From Burkholderiales bacterium (GTDB lineage: Bacteria; Pseudomonadota; Gammaproteobacteria; Burkholderiales; Burkholderiaceae_C), in contig JANNRI010000109.1 in assembly GCA_031401195.1 (NCBI GenBank), forward strand, positions 933 to 64,932: a DNA stretch of 64,000 nucleotides, in the 5' to 3' direction. The translations under genes and the position numbers were made by a program. The notes below the pieces were generated by a model. The model worked only from the letters and a program-made list of their open reading frames with translations. It was not told the origin of the DNA and did not search any database. Shown in pieces: positions 42,932-53,994 of this stretch. Position 1 is the first letter of the stretch. Every line of letters begins with the position of its first letter.

Positions 42932-44152
42932 TCAACGTTCCCTGAATGCTTCTTGCGTACGCAGCATCGGCCGCACCAAAAACTCCAGCACCGTGCGTTC
43001 ACCGGTGCGGATCTCGGCGGTGCCGGTCATGCCCGGCAGCACTTCCAGCGCCCTCGCGTGCTGACCCTCGCCGGCCTTGAAGCGCTCGCGGTCGGCGTCC
43101 ACCAAGGCCCGGTACCAGGTGCCGTCGGCGTTGGCTGCACGTTCGGGGTCGCCGAGCGCATCGGGGCTGATCGAGACCACACGGCCCTTGAGCGCGCCGT
43201 AGATCGTCGCGTCATAGGCCGAGAGTTTGATCGCCACCGGCTGCCCCACCTTCACGAAGCCGATGTCGGCGGGCTTGACACGCGCCTCCACCAGCACGCG
43301 CGCGCCCACGGGCACCAGTTCCATGATCGGCGCGCCGGCCGCGACCACGCCACCCAGCGTGTTGTTCTTGATCTGCTTGACGATGCCGTTCACGGGCGAG
43401 ACGATGACCGTGCGCTTCATCGCATCGTCGCGCACGACCATCTGCTCTTCGAGCAGCGACAACTCCGTACGCACGCGCACGAGCTCGGCACTCGCGTCCT
43501 GGCGGAAGCGGTTGATGCGCTCGGCGCTGCCCAGCCGCAGGTCGTTCACCTGGCGGCGCAGGCGCATCACCTCCACCTCGCTCATGAGGCCGCGCTGCGC
43601 CATGCGTTCGGCCATCGCCAGTTCATCATTGAGCAGGCCGATGCTGCGCTGATTCGAGGCCACGCCTTCGTCGAGTGCACGCTTGCGCGCCTCGAAGCTC
43701 TCGCTCTCGCCCTGCACCAGGGCCGGCAACTTCTTCACTTCGGGCGGAAAGGTGAGCAGTCGGCCAGTGGCCTCGGCGCTGAGCCGCGCCACCGCCCCGA
43801 GCAGGGCCACACGTTTGGCCTGGCCTTCGGCTTGTTGCGCCTCCACGCGCGTGGGGTCTAGCGTGGCCAGTTGCTGGCCGCGGCGCACCTGTTCACCCTC
43901 GCGCACCAAGAGCTCACGCAGGATGCCGCCTTCGAGGCTGGCAATGAGTTGCTCGCGCCCCTCGGGAATGATGCGCACAGGCGCCTTGGCCACAATATCC
44001 ACCTTCGCTACCGCAGCCCAGCCGAGCGCCGCGGCCACCATCACGAGCATCAGGTACACCGACCACATTGCAGCGGGGGCGGCTTCGACCACCTGCGCAC
44101 CGCGCACGGCGCTCAGGTAGGCGAGGTCGCCGGGTTGAAGGCGGGCGGTCAT
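42932..44152 (-). CDS. HlyD-family type I secretion membrane fusion protein
   Basis: IASLEGGI, VREGEQV..GQ, SPVNGIV, GGVV, PGMT..AEIRTGERTVL, AFRER. Confidence 0.92.
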   Translation of the reverse strand: MTARLQPGDLAYLSAVRGAQVVEAAPAAMWSVYLMLVMVAAALGWAAVAKVDIVAKAPVRIIPEGREQLIASLEGGILRELLVREGEQVRRGQQLATLDPTRVEAQQAEGQAKRVALLGAVARLSAEATGRLLTFPPEVKKLPALVQGESESFEARKRALDEGVASNQRSIGLLNDELAMAERMAQRGLMSEVEVMRLRRQVNDLRLGSAERINRFRQDASAELVRVRTELSLLEEQMVVRDDAMKRTVIVSPVNGIVKQIKNNTLGGVVAAGAPIMELVPVGARVLVEARVKPADIGFVKVGQPVAIKLSAYDATIYGALKGRVVSISPDALGDPERAANADGTWYRALVDADRERFKAGEGQHARALEVLPGMTGTAEIRTGERTVLEFLVRPMLRTQEAFRER

Positions 44153-44206
44153 TGGTTCGTCGCGACGGTCATGGAGGTGGCGGTGGCGGTGGCTGTGGCG
44201 GTGGCG

Positions 44207-44445
44207 GCAAAGGGCTGTGCGGGCTCGGTGCGGCGCTTAGCTGCGGCGGTCGGCGCTGCGCGCCGACTTCCTTCCGCTGCTCGGGCTTCTGGCCCGCTCA
44301 CAACTCGCTTCGCTCACTTCGTTCGCTCCGCTCAAACAATGTTCGCGAGTCAGTTGACGAAGCGCGCGAGTACGCGCGCGGCCAGAAGCCCTGCGCTGCT
44401 CAGCGCCGCAGATGCGCGCCGCACCGAGCCCGCACAGCCCTTTGC
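44207..44445 (-). repeat. Structured dispersed repeat, copy 2
   Basis: Reverse complement of the copy 1 architecture; 239 bp; terminal inverted repeats with compensatory changes. Confidence 0.85.
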
Positions 44446-44493
44446 GGACGCGGTGTTTGTGTTCCAAGCTCTCCGAGCGCCACCTCTGGTGCT

Positions 44494-44733
44494 GGCAAGG
44501 CCGTGGGCGGGAGCCCGGCGGGGCGCACATGCGGCCCTGAGCAGCGCAGGGTTGGGGTCAGCGCGCGTACTCGTGCGCTTCGTAAACTGACTCGCGAACA
44601 CTGTCTGAGCGCAACGAGCGCAGCGAGTGAAGCGAGTTGTGAGCGCGACCCAACCCGAGCAGCGCAAGGTAGTCGGCGCGCAGCGCCGACCGCCGCATAT
44701 GCGCCTCGTCGGGCTCCCGTCCACGGCCTTGCC
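44494..44733 (+). repeat. Structured dispersed repeat, copy 3 (divergent stem variant)
   Basis: Same core CTGACTCGCGAACACTGT.TGAGCG..ACGAGCGCAGCGAGTGAAGCGAGTTGTGAGCG with a different but pairing 42-bp terminal stem. Confidence 0.82.
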
Positions 44734-44783
44734 CGCTCGGGCAGTCGACATGCGGTCGAGACTCCAGCGCGTCGCCGAGCGCA

Positions 44784-47700
44784 TCAACGCCCTGCCGTCA
44801 CCACCACCCCCTTGAACTGCCCCGCCTGCGCCACCCTCGGCGGCGCCGGATAGCGCGCTGCATCCAGCCGGTGCAGCAACTCCGCTTCGCGTGTCCGCGC
44901 CAGCGCCGCGTTGGCGAGTTTCACGTGGCCGTAGCCGCGCATCGACAGCGGCACCTGGGCCACTTGCACTGCCACCGCCAGGTTCTTCGCCTCGAGCTGC
45001 GGCAGCAACTCCGCCACTCGCGCCTCGAAGCGTTCGATCGATTCACGCTCCAAACGCCGCTCTTCCGTGCGGCCGAAAAGATCGAGTGTGGTGCCGCGCA
45101 GCCGGCGGCCCTTGGCGAGCCACTTCATCGCGGGCAGCATCCATGAGCCCAACCGAACCTTGCGCGGCGGCTCGCCGTCCTTGCCCGGCCGTGCAACCAG
45201 CGGCGGAGCCATGTGGAACTCGAGCTTCAGATCGCCTTCGAACTGATCGCGCAGTTGGCGCTCAAAGTCGCCGCTCGTGTACAGACGCGCCACCTCGTAC
45301 TCATCCTTGTAGGCCATGAGCTTGCCGAGGCTCATCGCAACCGCGCGCGTGAATGGCAACGAGGACTCCGCACCCAGTCGCAACTCGCGCTCGCGCGCCG
45401 CGACCATGGTTTTGCGGAAGCGCGCGGCCCACGCGGCGTCCTGGTAGGCAGTGAGGTGCGCGGCGTGGCGCTCGATCAGGGCATCCAGTGTCTCCTCCGG
45501 CACAGGTTCGCCTGAATGGCCTTCGCGCAGCCGCTCGCAGGCTGCGGGGTCGGCGGCGGCCAGGCGCCCAAGCGCGAAGGCGAGCTTGTTCGCCTCCACC
45601 GCCACACCGTTCAACTCGATCGCGCGCTGCAGCGCCGGCAGGCTCACCGGCACCAGGCCGCGCTGCCACGCGACGCCGAGCGCCAGCACGTTGGCAGTCA
45701 CCGTGTCGCCGAGGAAGTCGGTGGCCAAGGCCTGCGCGTCGAAGGTCTCGACACGCTCGGCGCCGGCGGCGAAGCGCAGCTTGTCGAGCATGGCGCCCAG
45801 GCGCAGGTCGGCATCGGGGTTGCGCACGCTCTCGGCCACGGGGATGGGGTGCACGTTGGCGAGGATGCGCGTGCGCCCATGCCGCACCGTGAGCAAGGCC
45901 TCGGGGCTCGCGCCCACCACAAGATCGCAGGCGAGGATGGCATCGGCCTGCTGTGCGTCGATACGCACCTGGTTCAGGCGCTCGGGGCGGTCGGCCAGGC
46001 GCACGAACGAAAGCACCGAGCCGCCCTTCTGCGCAAAGCCCATGAAGTCGAGCACGCTGGCCGCAAAACCGTCGAGGTGCGCGGCCATCGCCGTGACAGC
46101 ACCCACCGTCACCACGCCGGTGCCGCCCACGCCGGTGACGAGCAGGTCGTAGGGGCCGGTCCAGTTCCAGGCCGCGGGCAGCGGCAGCGCGGCGACGGCA
46201 CGCTCGAACGCGGCGCGGTCCTTGCCGAGGATGCCCGAGTGCTTGCGCAACTTGCCGCCCGAGACACTCACAAAACTCGGGCAGAAGCCCTTGGCGCAGG
46301 AGTAGTCCTTGTTGCAGGCGGTCTGGTCGATGCGCCGCTTGCGGCCGAGCGCCGTTTCATGGGGCAACACGGCCACGCAGTTGCTCTGCACGCCGCAGTC
46401 ACCGCAGCCTTCGCAGACCTGTTCGTTGATGAAGAGGCGTCGCGCAGGATCCGGCAGCTCGCCCTTCTTGCGCCGGCGGCGCTTCTCGGCGGCGCAGGTC
46501 TGTTCGTAGATGAGCACAGTGACGCCGGGCAGCTCGCGCAGCTCGCGCTGCACCGCATCCATCTCATCGCGGCCGTGAAAGGTGGTGCCGGGCGGAAAAC
46601 GCCCTTCCTGGCCGTCGTACTTGCCGATGTCGTCGGAAAGCACGGCCACGCGCCTGACGCCCTCGCTCTCCACCTGGCGCGCGATGGCGTCCACGCTGAT
46701 GACACCGTCCACCGGCTGGCCGCCGGTCATCGCCACCGCATCGTTGAAGAGAATCTTGTAGGTGAGCGTGGCTTTGGCAGCCACGGCCTGGCGGATGGCG
46801 AGATAACCGCTGTGGTAGTAGGTGCCGTCGCCCAGGTTCTGGAAGATGTGAGGCACCTTGGTGAACATGGAGTGGCTGACCCAGTCCACACCTTCGCCGC
46901 CCATCTGGATCAAGCCCGCGGTGCTGCGGTCCATCCAGTTGGCCATGAAGTGGCAGCCGATGCCGGCCGAAGCACGCGAGCCTTCAGGCACCTTGGTGCT
47001 GGTGTTGTGCGGGCAGCCGGCGCAGAAGTAGGGCTGCCGCTTCACCGCATCACCGGCGTTGGAGAGCAGCTCGGGCGGGGTGAAGTCGCGCACATGGTGG
47101 CGGTGGTCGAGCGCGGCGTCGTGCTGCGCCAGCCACGCGGCGACGATCTCGATCAGGCGCGAGGGGCGCAACTCGCCCGCAGCGGAGACGAGCACACGGC
47201 CCTCGGCGTCAGTCTTGCCGAGTACCCGCGGGCGCTCGGCAACCGGCGCGTTGTAGAAGAGGTTCTTGATCTGCTGCTCGACGACCGCGCCCTTTTCCTC
47301 GATGACGAGGATCTGTTCGAGGCCGGCGGCGAAGGCGCGCATGCGCGTGGCCTCGATCGGAAAGGTGAGCCCGAGCTTGAGCACCCTCACGCCATGCTCG
47401 GCCAGTTGCGCCGGCGTGATCTCCAGGCGCCGCATCACCTCCATGAAATCGAGATGCGCCTTGCCTGCGGTGACGATGCCTATACGCGCACGCGGCGACA
47501 CCACGATCTCGCGGTCGATCGAATTCACCTGCGAGAACGACGCCACCGCCGCGAGCTTGTCGTGTGCACGGGTCTCGATGCGCAGCGAGGGCAGATCGGG
47601 CCAGCGATAGTGCAGCCCATCGGCCGGCAGCACATGGCCGGTGGTGGCGCGCACGGTATCGGCACTGAGCCAACGCGCGGCACGCGCCTGTATCGCATCG

Positions 47701-48374
47701 AGGTCCACCGTGGCCGCGCTCTCCACCACTTCAGACAGCGCCGTGAACCCCACCCAGTTGCCGCTGTAGCGGCTGAGCGCGTAACCGTAGAGGCCAAACT
47801 CGATCATGTCGGCCACGTTGGCGGGCGACAGCACCGGCATGTGCCAGGCCTGAAAGACCTGGTCGCTCTGGTGCGGCATCGACGACGAGACGCAGCCGTG
47901 GTCGTCACCGGCCACCACGAGCACGCCACCGGTGGGCGAGCTGCCATAGGCATTGCCGTGCTTGATGGCGTCTCCGGCGCGGTCCACGCCCGGGCCCTTG
48001 CCGTACCACATTGCAAAGACAGCATCGGCCAGGCGCTCGGGGTCGCTTTGCACGCGTTGTGTGCCCAGCACGGCGGTGGCCGCGAGTTCCTCGTTGATGG
48101 CGGGCAGAAAGCGGATGCCGCGCTCGGTGAACTTGGCTCCTGCCTTCCATACCGCCTGGTCCACCGCACCGAGGGGGGATCCGCGGTAGCCGCTGACAAA
48201 GCCGCGCGTATCGAGGCCCGCCGCGGCATCGCGCTCGCGCTGCATGAGCAGGATGCGCACGAGTGCCTGCGTGCCGGTGAGGTAGACGGTGCCACCCGTG
48301 GCCCACAGCGCATCGGAAAGCTGGGCTCGAGGGCGCACAAGAGACGGTCGGTCGGCGGTGTCAGGGTCACGCAT
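44784..48374 (-). CDS. Indolepyruvate ferredoxin oxidoreductase family, single-chain
   Basis: SGYRGSPLG, WYGKGPGVDR, FCAGCPHN, GDGTYYHSG, CEGCGDC, GVGGTGV, MAYKDEYEVARL. Confidence 0.93.
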   Translation of the reverse strand: MRDPDTADRPSLVRPRAQLSDALWATGGTVYLTGTQALVRILLMQRERDAAAGLDTRGFVSGYRGSPLGAVDQAVWKAGAKFTERGIRFLPAINEELAATAVLGTQRVQSDPERLADAVFAMWYGKGPGVDRAGDAIKHGNAYGSSPTGGVLVVAGDDHGCVSSSMPHQSDQVFQAWHMPVLSPANVADMIEFGLYGYALSRYSGNWVGFTALSEVVESAATVDLDAIQARAARWLSADTVRATTGHVLPADGLHYRWPDLPSLRIETRAHDKLAAVASFSQVNSIDREIVVSPRARIGIVTAGKAHLDFMEVMRRLEITPAQLAEHGVRVLKLGLTFPIEATRMRAFAAGLEQILVIEEKGAVVEQQIKNLFYNAPVAERPRVLGKTDAEGRVLVSAAGELRPSRLIEIVAAWLAQHDAALDHRHHVRDFTPPELLSNAGDAVKRQPYFCAGCPHNTSTKVPEGSRASAGIGCHFMANWMDRSTAGLIQMGGEGVDWVSHSMFTKVPHIFQNLGDGTYYHSGYLAIRQAVAAKATLTYKILFNDAVAMTGGQPVDGVISVDAIARQVESEGVRRVAVLSDDIGKYDGQEGRFPPGTTFHGRDEMDAVQRELRELPGVTVLIYEQTCAAEKRRRRKKGELPDPARRLFINEQVCEGCGDCGVQSNCVAVLPHETALGRKRRIDQTACNKDYSCAKGFCPSFVSVSGGKLRKHSGILGKDRAAFERAVAALPLPAAWNWTGPYDLLVTGVGGTGVVTVGAVTAMAAHLDGFAASVLDFMGFAQKGGSVLSFVRLADRPERLNQVRIDAQQADAILACDLVVGASPEALLTVRHGRTRILANVHPIPVAESVRNPDADLRLGAMLDKLRFAAGAERVETFDAQALATDFLGDTVTANVLALGVAWQRGLVPVSLPALQRAIELNGVAVEANKLAFALGRLAAADPAACERLREGHSGEPVPEETLDALIERHAAHLTAYQDAAWAARFRKTMVAARERELRLGAESSLPFTRAVAMSLGKLMAYKDEYEVARLYTSGDFERQLRDQFEGDLKLEFHMAPPLVARPGKDGEPPRKVRLGSWMLPAMKWLAKGRRLRGTTLDLFGRTEERRLERESIERFEARVAELLPQLEAKNLAVAVQVAQVPLSMRGYGHVKLANAALARTREAELLHRLDAARYPAPPRVAQAGQFKGVVVTAGR

Positions 48375-48626
48375 GCGGAGTCTCCAGGCGGCACGGCACG
48401 TGCGGCGGACGACGCCACAGCGGGTGCGGGAGGTTATCGCGCCGTGGCCGCCGCCGCACGCGGGCGGCAGGCGCGCCGGGCGCGCCGGGCGAGTTTGAAC
48501 CGAACGGGCTGCGATACTGCGCACGTGGCCGCGGTACGCCGCAGGGGGCCGGCACCGCTTGATTGGCCGCTGACGTGTCCGCCGCGTCGAGGCCTTCCTT
48601 CCAGCCCCACTCGTTGACATCGTCGC

Positions 48627-49316
48627 TTGGATTTCACGCCGTTCATCGAAACCCGCTTCGCGACCTTCCTCGCCTCGTTGGCAGACCCCTGGCAGCAATG
48701 GGCGCTGGCCGCCGCTGCCATCGGCGGCGCGCTGATCGTCGCCTCGACGCTGGTCAAGACCATCATCCCGCTGCGCTGGCTGGCGCTGGGCGGCAACGTC
48801 GGCTTTGTCGTCTACGGTCTCGTGCACCCGGCGCCGATGGTGTTCCTCTTGCACGTGGTGCTGTTGCCGATCAACCTGTGGCGCGTGCTGGAGATGCAGC
48901 GCCTCACGCGCCGGCTGCGGCACGCCAACAGCCTCGGCCCGGCGGAGTTGAAGGTGTGGCTGCAGCCGTTCATGAAGCGGCGGCGGCTGCAGCCCGGCGC
49001 CGTGCTGTTCAGCAAGGGCGAGCGCGCCGACCGCCTCTACGTGCTGGCCGAAGGCCGGCTCGAGGCGGTGGAGGCGGGCCGAACCATCGAGGCCGGGCAG
49101 ATGTTCGGCGAGATCGCGTTCTTCTCGCCGGGACAGCAGCGCACGGCCACCGTGCGCTGCGTCGAGCCCTCGACGGTGCTCTCCATCGACGAGGTGAGCT
49201 TTCGCCAGCTCTTCTTCCAGAACCCGGGCTTCGGCTTCGAGGTGGCACGGCTGATTGCCGGGCGGCTCTCCGACGATGTGTCGCGGCTGCAGCAGGTGGA
49301 CACGGCGCCACCCTAG
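48627..49316 (+). CDS. Membrane-anchored cyclic nucleotide-binding protein
   Basis: Three to four N-terminal TM helices, then GQMFGEIAF...RTATV cNMP cassette; no HTH. Confidence 0.8.
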   Translation: MDFTPFIETRFATFLASLADPWQQWALAAAAIGGALIVASTLVKTIIPLRWLALGGNVGFVVYGLVHPAPMVFLLHVVLLPINLWRVLEMQRLTRRLRHANSLGPAELKVWLQPFMKRRRLQPGAVLFSKGERADRLYVLAEGRLEAVEAGRTIEAGQMFGEIAFFSPGQQRTATVRCVEPSTVLSIDEVSFRQLFFQNPGFGFEVARLIAGRLSDDVSRLQQVDTAPP

Positions 49317-49386
49317 TGGCGCCGAGCCCGCGGCAAGGGTGTCGTGGGTTGCGAATTGATTGACGCCGAGATGGGACCCGATTCGT

Positions 49387-50238
49387 ATGCACCGCCGCGC
49401 TGCCCTCACCTCACTCGTGCCGCTGGGCCTCGGCTTGGCCGCGCCGCGCACCGTGTGGCCGCAGCCAGAGCGCCTGCCCGAGGCCTCGGCCGTGCCCGGC
49501 GGCGTGGCGCTGGTCGATGTGGGTGCGGCCGCCAACCCGCGGCCCGAGGTCAGCTACAACGGCCGGCCCGTGCTCGTGCGCGCCGAGGGTGCGGCCTGGG
49601 TGGCGGTGGTGGGCATTGCCTTGTCGGCCGATCCGGCCAAAGCGCAAGAGCTGCTCGTGCGCGGCGGGGAAGGGGCAGAGCGCCGCATCGCCTTCACGCT
49701 CACTCGCAAGCAATATGCGGAGCAGCGCCTGACAGTGGCGCCGCGCCATGTGGAACTGGCCCAGGAGGACATCGCGCGCTATGAGCGCGAGCGCGTTCAC
49801 CTGAGCGCCGTGCTGCGCCACTTCGCTGCCGCGCGCGAGCCGGCCACGCTGCGCCTCGTCTTGCCGACGTTGGGGCCGCGCTCGTCATCGTTCGGGCTGC
49901 GCCGAGTCTTCAACAAGCAGCCGCGCTCGCCGCACAGCGGCATGGATATCGCTGCGCCGACCGGCACGCCGGTGGTGAGCGCCGCGGACGGCGAGGTGCT
50001 CGATACCGGCGACTACTTCTTCAACGGCCACACGGTCATCGTCGACCATGGCCAGGGCTTTCTCACGCTCTACTGCCACCTGTCAGCCATCGACACGCGG
50101 CGCGGCCAGGCTGTGCCGGCCGGGGCGCCGTTGGGGAAGGTGGGCGCCACAGGCCGAGTCACCGGGCCGCACCTGCACTTCAGCGTCTACCTCAACGCGC
50201 AATCGGTGGACCCGGCGCTGTTCCTGCCGCCGGCCTAG
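49387..50238 (+). CDS. M23 peptidase family
   Basis: HSGMDIAA, YCHLS, TGPHLH. Confidence 0.92.
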   Translation: MHRRAALTSLVPLGLGLAAPRTVWPQPERLPEASAVPGGVALVDVGAAANPRPEVSYNGRPVLVRAEGAAWVAVVGIALSADPAKAQELLVRGGEGAERRIAFTLTRKQYAEQRLTVAPRHVELAQEDIARYERERVHLSAVLRHFAAAREPATLRLVLPTLGPRSSSFGLRRVFNKQPRSPHSGMDIAAPTGTPVVSAADGEVLDTGDYFFNGHTVIVDHGQGFLTLYCHLSAIDTRRGQAVPAGAPLGKVGATGRVTGPHLHFSVYLNAQSVDPALFLPPA

Positions 50239-50322
50239 CGTAGCGAGGTCATACGCCCGGCTGGGGCGTGCGCGCAGTCGGCAGCGCGGGCGAGCCGCGC
50301 ACCGCCCGCGCGGGGGGCACGG

Positions 50323-53300
50323 TCAGCCGCCTTGGCCGTTGATGCCAGGGGCGACGCCGTAGCCGCCACCGCCGGGGGTCTCGATCACGAACACATCGCC
50401 CGGCTCCATCGCCGCCGAGCCGATATGCGCCAGCGTCTCGGTGCGTCCGTCAGCCCGCTCGACTCGGTTGATGCCCAGCGCCCCGGGTGCACCACCGGCC
50501 ATGCCGAAGGCCGACACCTGGCGGCCGTTGCTGAGGATGCTGGCCGTCATGCGCTCGAGGAAGCGCACGCGGCGCACGCCGCCGTCGCCGCCGCGCCACA
50601 ACCCGGCCCCGCCGGAGCCAGGGCGGATGGCATAACTCTCCAGCCGCACCGGGAAACGGAACTCCAGCACCTCGGGGTCGGTGAGGCGTGAGTTGGTCAT
50701 GTGGGTCTGCACGACGCTGGTGCCGTCGAACCCCGGGCCAGCGCCGCTGCCGCCGGAGATGGTCTCGTAGTACTGGTGCGTCTGGTTGCCGAAGGTGAAG
50801 TTGTTCATCGTGCACTGGCTCGCGGCCATCACGCCGAGCGCGCCGTACAGCGCGTTGGTCACGCACATCGAGGTCTCGACATTGCCCGCCACCACCGCCG
50901 CCGGGTGGCGCGGGTTGAGCATGCAGCCCTCGGGCACGATCACGTGCAGCGGCTTCAGGCAGCCGGCGTTGAGCGGGATCTCGTCGTTCACCAGCGTGCG
51001 GAAGACGTACAGCACTGCGGCCATCGTCACCGCCTTGGGGGCGTTGAAGTTGTTGGGCAGCATCGCGCTGGTGCCGGTGAAGTCGATGGTGGCTGCGCGC
51101 TGCTGCGATTGCACCGTCACCTTGACGGCGATGCGGGCACCGTTGTCGAGGTCTAGCGCGTACTGGCCATCTTTCAAGGCGGTGATCACGCGCCGCACGC
51201 TCTCTTCCGCGTTGTCCTGCACATGCTTCATATACGCCGCCACCGTGGCGCGGCCGAACTGCGCGACCATCGCCTTCAGTTCCTGCACACCCTTCTCGTT
51301 CGCGGCGATCTGCGCACGCAGGTCGGCCGTGGTCTGCTGCGGGTTGCGCGCCGGCCAGGCGCCACTCTTCAATTGTGCGAACAGCTCCGCCTCGCGCAGC
51401 TGGCCGCCGCGCACGAGCAGGAAGTTGTCGAAGAGCACACCTTCCTCGGCGATGGTCTTGCTGAAGGGCGGCATCGAGCCTGGCGTGCTGCCGCCGATAT
51501 CGGCATGGTGGCCTCGCGAGGCCACGTAGAACGAGGGCTGGGCATCCCGGCCTTCCAGGTAGACGGGTGTCACCACCGTCACGTCGGGCAGGTGCGTGCC
51601 GCCGTTGTACGGGTCGTTGAGCACGTAGATGTCGCCCGGTTGCATGCCCGGGTTGCGCGCGATCACGGTCTTGATGCTCTCGCTCATCGAGCCCAGGTGC
51701 ACCGGCATGTGCGGTGCGTTGGCAATCAGTTCGCCGGCTTCGCTGAAGAGCGCGCAAGAGAAATCAAGGCGCTCCTTGATATTCACCGAGTAGGCCGTGT
51801 TCTGCAGGCGCAGGCCCATCTGCTCGGCGATATTCATGAAGAGGTTGTTGAAGACCTCCAGCATCACGGGGTCGGCATCGGTGCCGATGGCATGTTGCGT
51901 GGCGCGCGCCTCGATGCGGATGAGCTCGATCGGTCCGGCAGCGGTGAAACGCGCCTGCCAGCCCGGCTCGACGACAGTCGTCGCATTCTTCTCGGCAATG
52001 ATGGCCGGGCCGTCGATCAAGGCACCGGCGACAACGGCGTCGTCGCTGTCGCGCACGTAGAGGCCGGCCTCGAGCCACCGCCCTGCGTGCATGCGCACGG
52101 TGGCCCGCGGCGTGGGCCGGCTCGGTGCGGGCTCGGCTTGTGCGGCTGCTGCGATGTGCCGCTCGCCGGGGCCGACGGCTTCCACCGACACGGCCTCGAT
52201 GACGAGGGCACGGTCGGGCATCAGGAAGGCAAAGCGTTGCCGGTAGCCGGCTTCGAATTCGCGCTGTATGCCGGCCATGCCCGCGCAGGGCACGATGAGC
52301 GCCGTGTCGGTGCCCTGGTAGCGCACGTGAATGTTGCGGCGCAGCTCGATCACTCCACGCGCCACGCCCTGACTGGCCACCTCGTCGCGCGCGGCGTCAC
52401 CGAGTATCGTGAGGCGCTGCTCGGCCGTTGCCAGCCCGGCTTCGTCCAGCGGCAGCTCCACGCTCGCTTCGCGCATCGCGATCTGATCCGCCAACCCCAT
52501 GCCGTAGGCGCTCAACACACCGGCCAGCGGGTGCACGAAGACACGGCTCATGCCGAGCGCATCGGCCACACCGCAGGCGTGCTGCCCGCCGGCGCCACCG
52601 AAACACTGCAAGGTGTACTGCGTGACGTCGTAGCCGCGCGCCACGCTGATGCGCTTGATGGCATTGGCCATGTTCTGCACGGCAATCTGCAGGAATCCTT
52701 CGGCCATCGACTCCGGCGTCACGTCGCGGCCCGTGTCGCGTTTCACCTGCGCGGCCATGGCTTCGAACTTGGCCACCGCGCCGTCGCGATCGAGCGCCTC
52801 ATCGGCCTTCGGCCCGAACACTTTCGGAAAGTAATCCGGCTGGATCTTGCCCAACATCACGTTGGCGTCCGTCACCGCCAGCGGCCCGCCGCGGCGGTAG
52901 CTCGCCGGCCCCGGGTTGGCGCCCGCGCTCTCGGGCCCCACGCGCAGGCGCGCGCCGTCGAAGGCAAGGATCGAGCCGCCGCCCGCGGCCACGGTGTGGA
53001 TGCTCATCATCGGCGCGCGCATGCGCACGCCGGCCACCAGCGTCTCGAAAGCGCGCTCGAATTCGCCGGCGTAGTGGCTCACGTCGGTGCTGGTGCCACC
53101 CATGTCGAAGCCGATGACCTTGTGATGGCCGCCGGCCACGGCCGTGCGCACCATGCCGACAATGCCGCCGGCGGGGCCGGAGAGGATGGCGTCCTTGCCC
53201 TGGAAGTGGTGGGCTTCGGTGAGCCCGCCGCTGCTTTGCATGAAGAAGAGGCGCACGCCGGGCATCTGGCTCGCCACCTGGTCGACATAGCGGCGCAGGA

Positions 53301-53994
53301 TGGGGCTGAGGTAGGCATCGACCACCGTCGTGTCGCCGCGCGAGACGAGCTTCATCAACGGGCTCACCTCGTGCGAAGCGCTCACCTGCGTGAAGCCGAG
53401 TTCGCGCGCGATGCGCGCCGCCGCCTGCTCGTGCGCGGTGTAGCGCCAGCCGTGCATGAAGACGATGGCCACGCTGCGGATGCCGGCATCGAACGCCGCC
53501 CACAGGCGCTCGCGCAGGTGCGCTTCATCGAGCGGCACCAGCAAGTCGCCATGCGCACCGACGCGCTCTTCGGCCTCGATGACCCGTTCGTACAACAGCT
53601 CCGGCAGCACGATATGGCGCTCGAAGAGCTTGGGCCGCGCCTGGTAGGCGATGCGCAGCGCATCGCGAAAGCCGCGCGTGGTGACCAGCAGCGTGCGGTC
53701 GCCCTTGCGCTCGAGCAGCGCGTTGGTGGCCACCGTGGTGCCCATCTTCACGCACTCCACGCGCTCTGGCGTGATCGGCTCGCCCTGCTTCAGGCCGAGC
53801 AGGCGGCGGATGCCTTCCACCGCGGCATCGCGGTATTGCTCGGCGTTCTCGGACAGCAGCTTCAGCGTCGCGAGCCCGCCATCGAGCCTGTCCGGCAAGG
53901 CGCCTGGCGGCGCGAGGCCGACGATGTCGGTGAAGGTGCCGCCGCGATCGATCCAGAACTGCCAGCGTGCGCAGGCTGTGTCCGCAGGGGTCAT
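50323..53994 (-). CDS. oplA: Fused ATP-dependent 5-oxoprolinase (hydantoinase A+B type)
   Basis: [56 protein letters not shown]. Confidence 0.9.
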   Translation of the reverse strand: MTPADTACARWQFWIDRGGTFTDIVGLAPPGALPDRLDGGLATLKLLSENAEQYRDAAVEGIRRLLGLKQGEPITPERVECVKMGTTVATNALLERKGDRTLLVTTRGFRDALRIAYQARPKLFERHIVLPELLYERVIEAEERVGAHGDLLVPLDEAHLRERLWAAFDAGIRSVAIVFMHGWRYTAHEQAAARIARELGFTQVSASHEVSPLMKLVSRGDTTVVDAYLSPILRRYVDQVASQMPGVRLFFMQSSGGLTEAHHFQGKDAILSGPAGGIVGMVRTAVAGGHHKVIGFDMGGTSTDVSHYAGEFERAFETLVAGVRMRAPMMSIHTVAAGGGSILAFDGARLRVGPESAGANPGPASYRRGGPLAVTDANVMLGKIQPDYFPKVFGPKADEALDRDGAVAKFEAMAAQVKRDTGRDVTPESMAEGFLQIAVQNMANAIKRISVARGYDVTQYTLQCFGGAGGQHACGVADALGMSRVFVHPLAGVLSAYGMGLADQIAMREASVELPLDEAGLATAEQRLTILGDAARDEVASQGVARGVIELRRNIHVRYQGTDTALIVPCAGMAGIQREFEAGYRQRFAFLMPDRALVIEAVSVEAVGPGERHIAAAAQAEPAPSRPTPRATVRMHAGRWLEAGLYVRDSDDAVVAGALIDGPAIIAEKNATTVVEPGWQARFTAAGPIELIRIEARATQHAIGTDADPVMLEVFNNLFMNIAEQMGLRLQNTAYSVNIKERLDFSCALFSEAGELIANAPHMPVHLGSMSESIKTVIARNPGMQPGDIYVLNDPYNGGTHLPDVTVVTPVYLEGRDAQPSFYVASRGHHADIGGSTPGSMPPFSKTIAEEGVLFDNFLLVRGGQLREAELFAQLKSGAWPARNPQQTTADLRAQIAANEKGVQELKAMVAQFGRATVAAYMKHVQDNAEESVRRVITALKDGQYALDLDNGARIAVKVTVQSQQRAATIDFTGTSAMLPNNFNAPKAVTMAAVLYVFRTLVNDEIPLNAGCLKPLHVIVPEGCMLNPRHPAAVVAGNVETSMCVTNALYGALGVMAASQCTMNNFTFGNQTHQYYETISGGSGAGPGFDGTSVVQTHMTNSRLTDPEVLEFRFPVRLESYAIRPGSGGAGLWRGGDGGVRRVRFLERMTASILSNGRQVSAFGMAGGAPGALGINRVERADGRTETLAHIGSAAMEPGDVFVIETPGGGGYGVAPGINGQGG

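Noticed and set aside
48375-49535. N-terminal extension of the 1583-aa IOR ORF
   Set aside because: Overlaps real plus-strand genes; IOR homology begins near ATG 48374.
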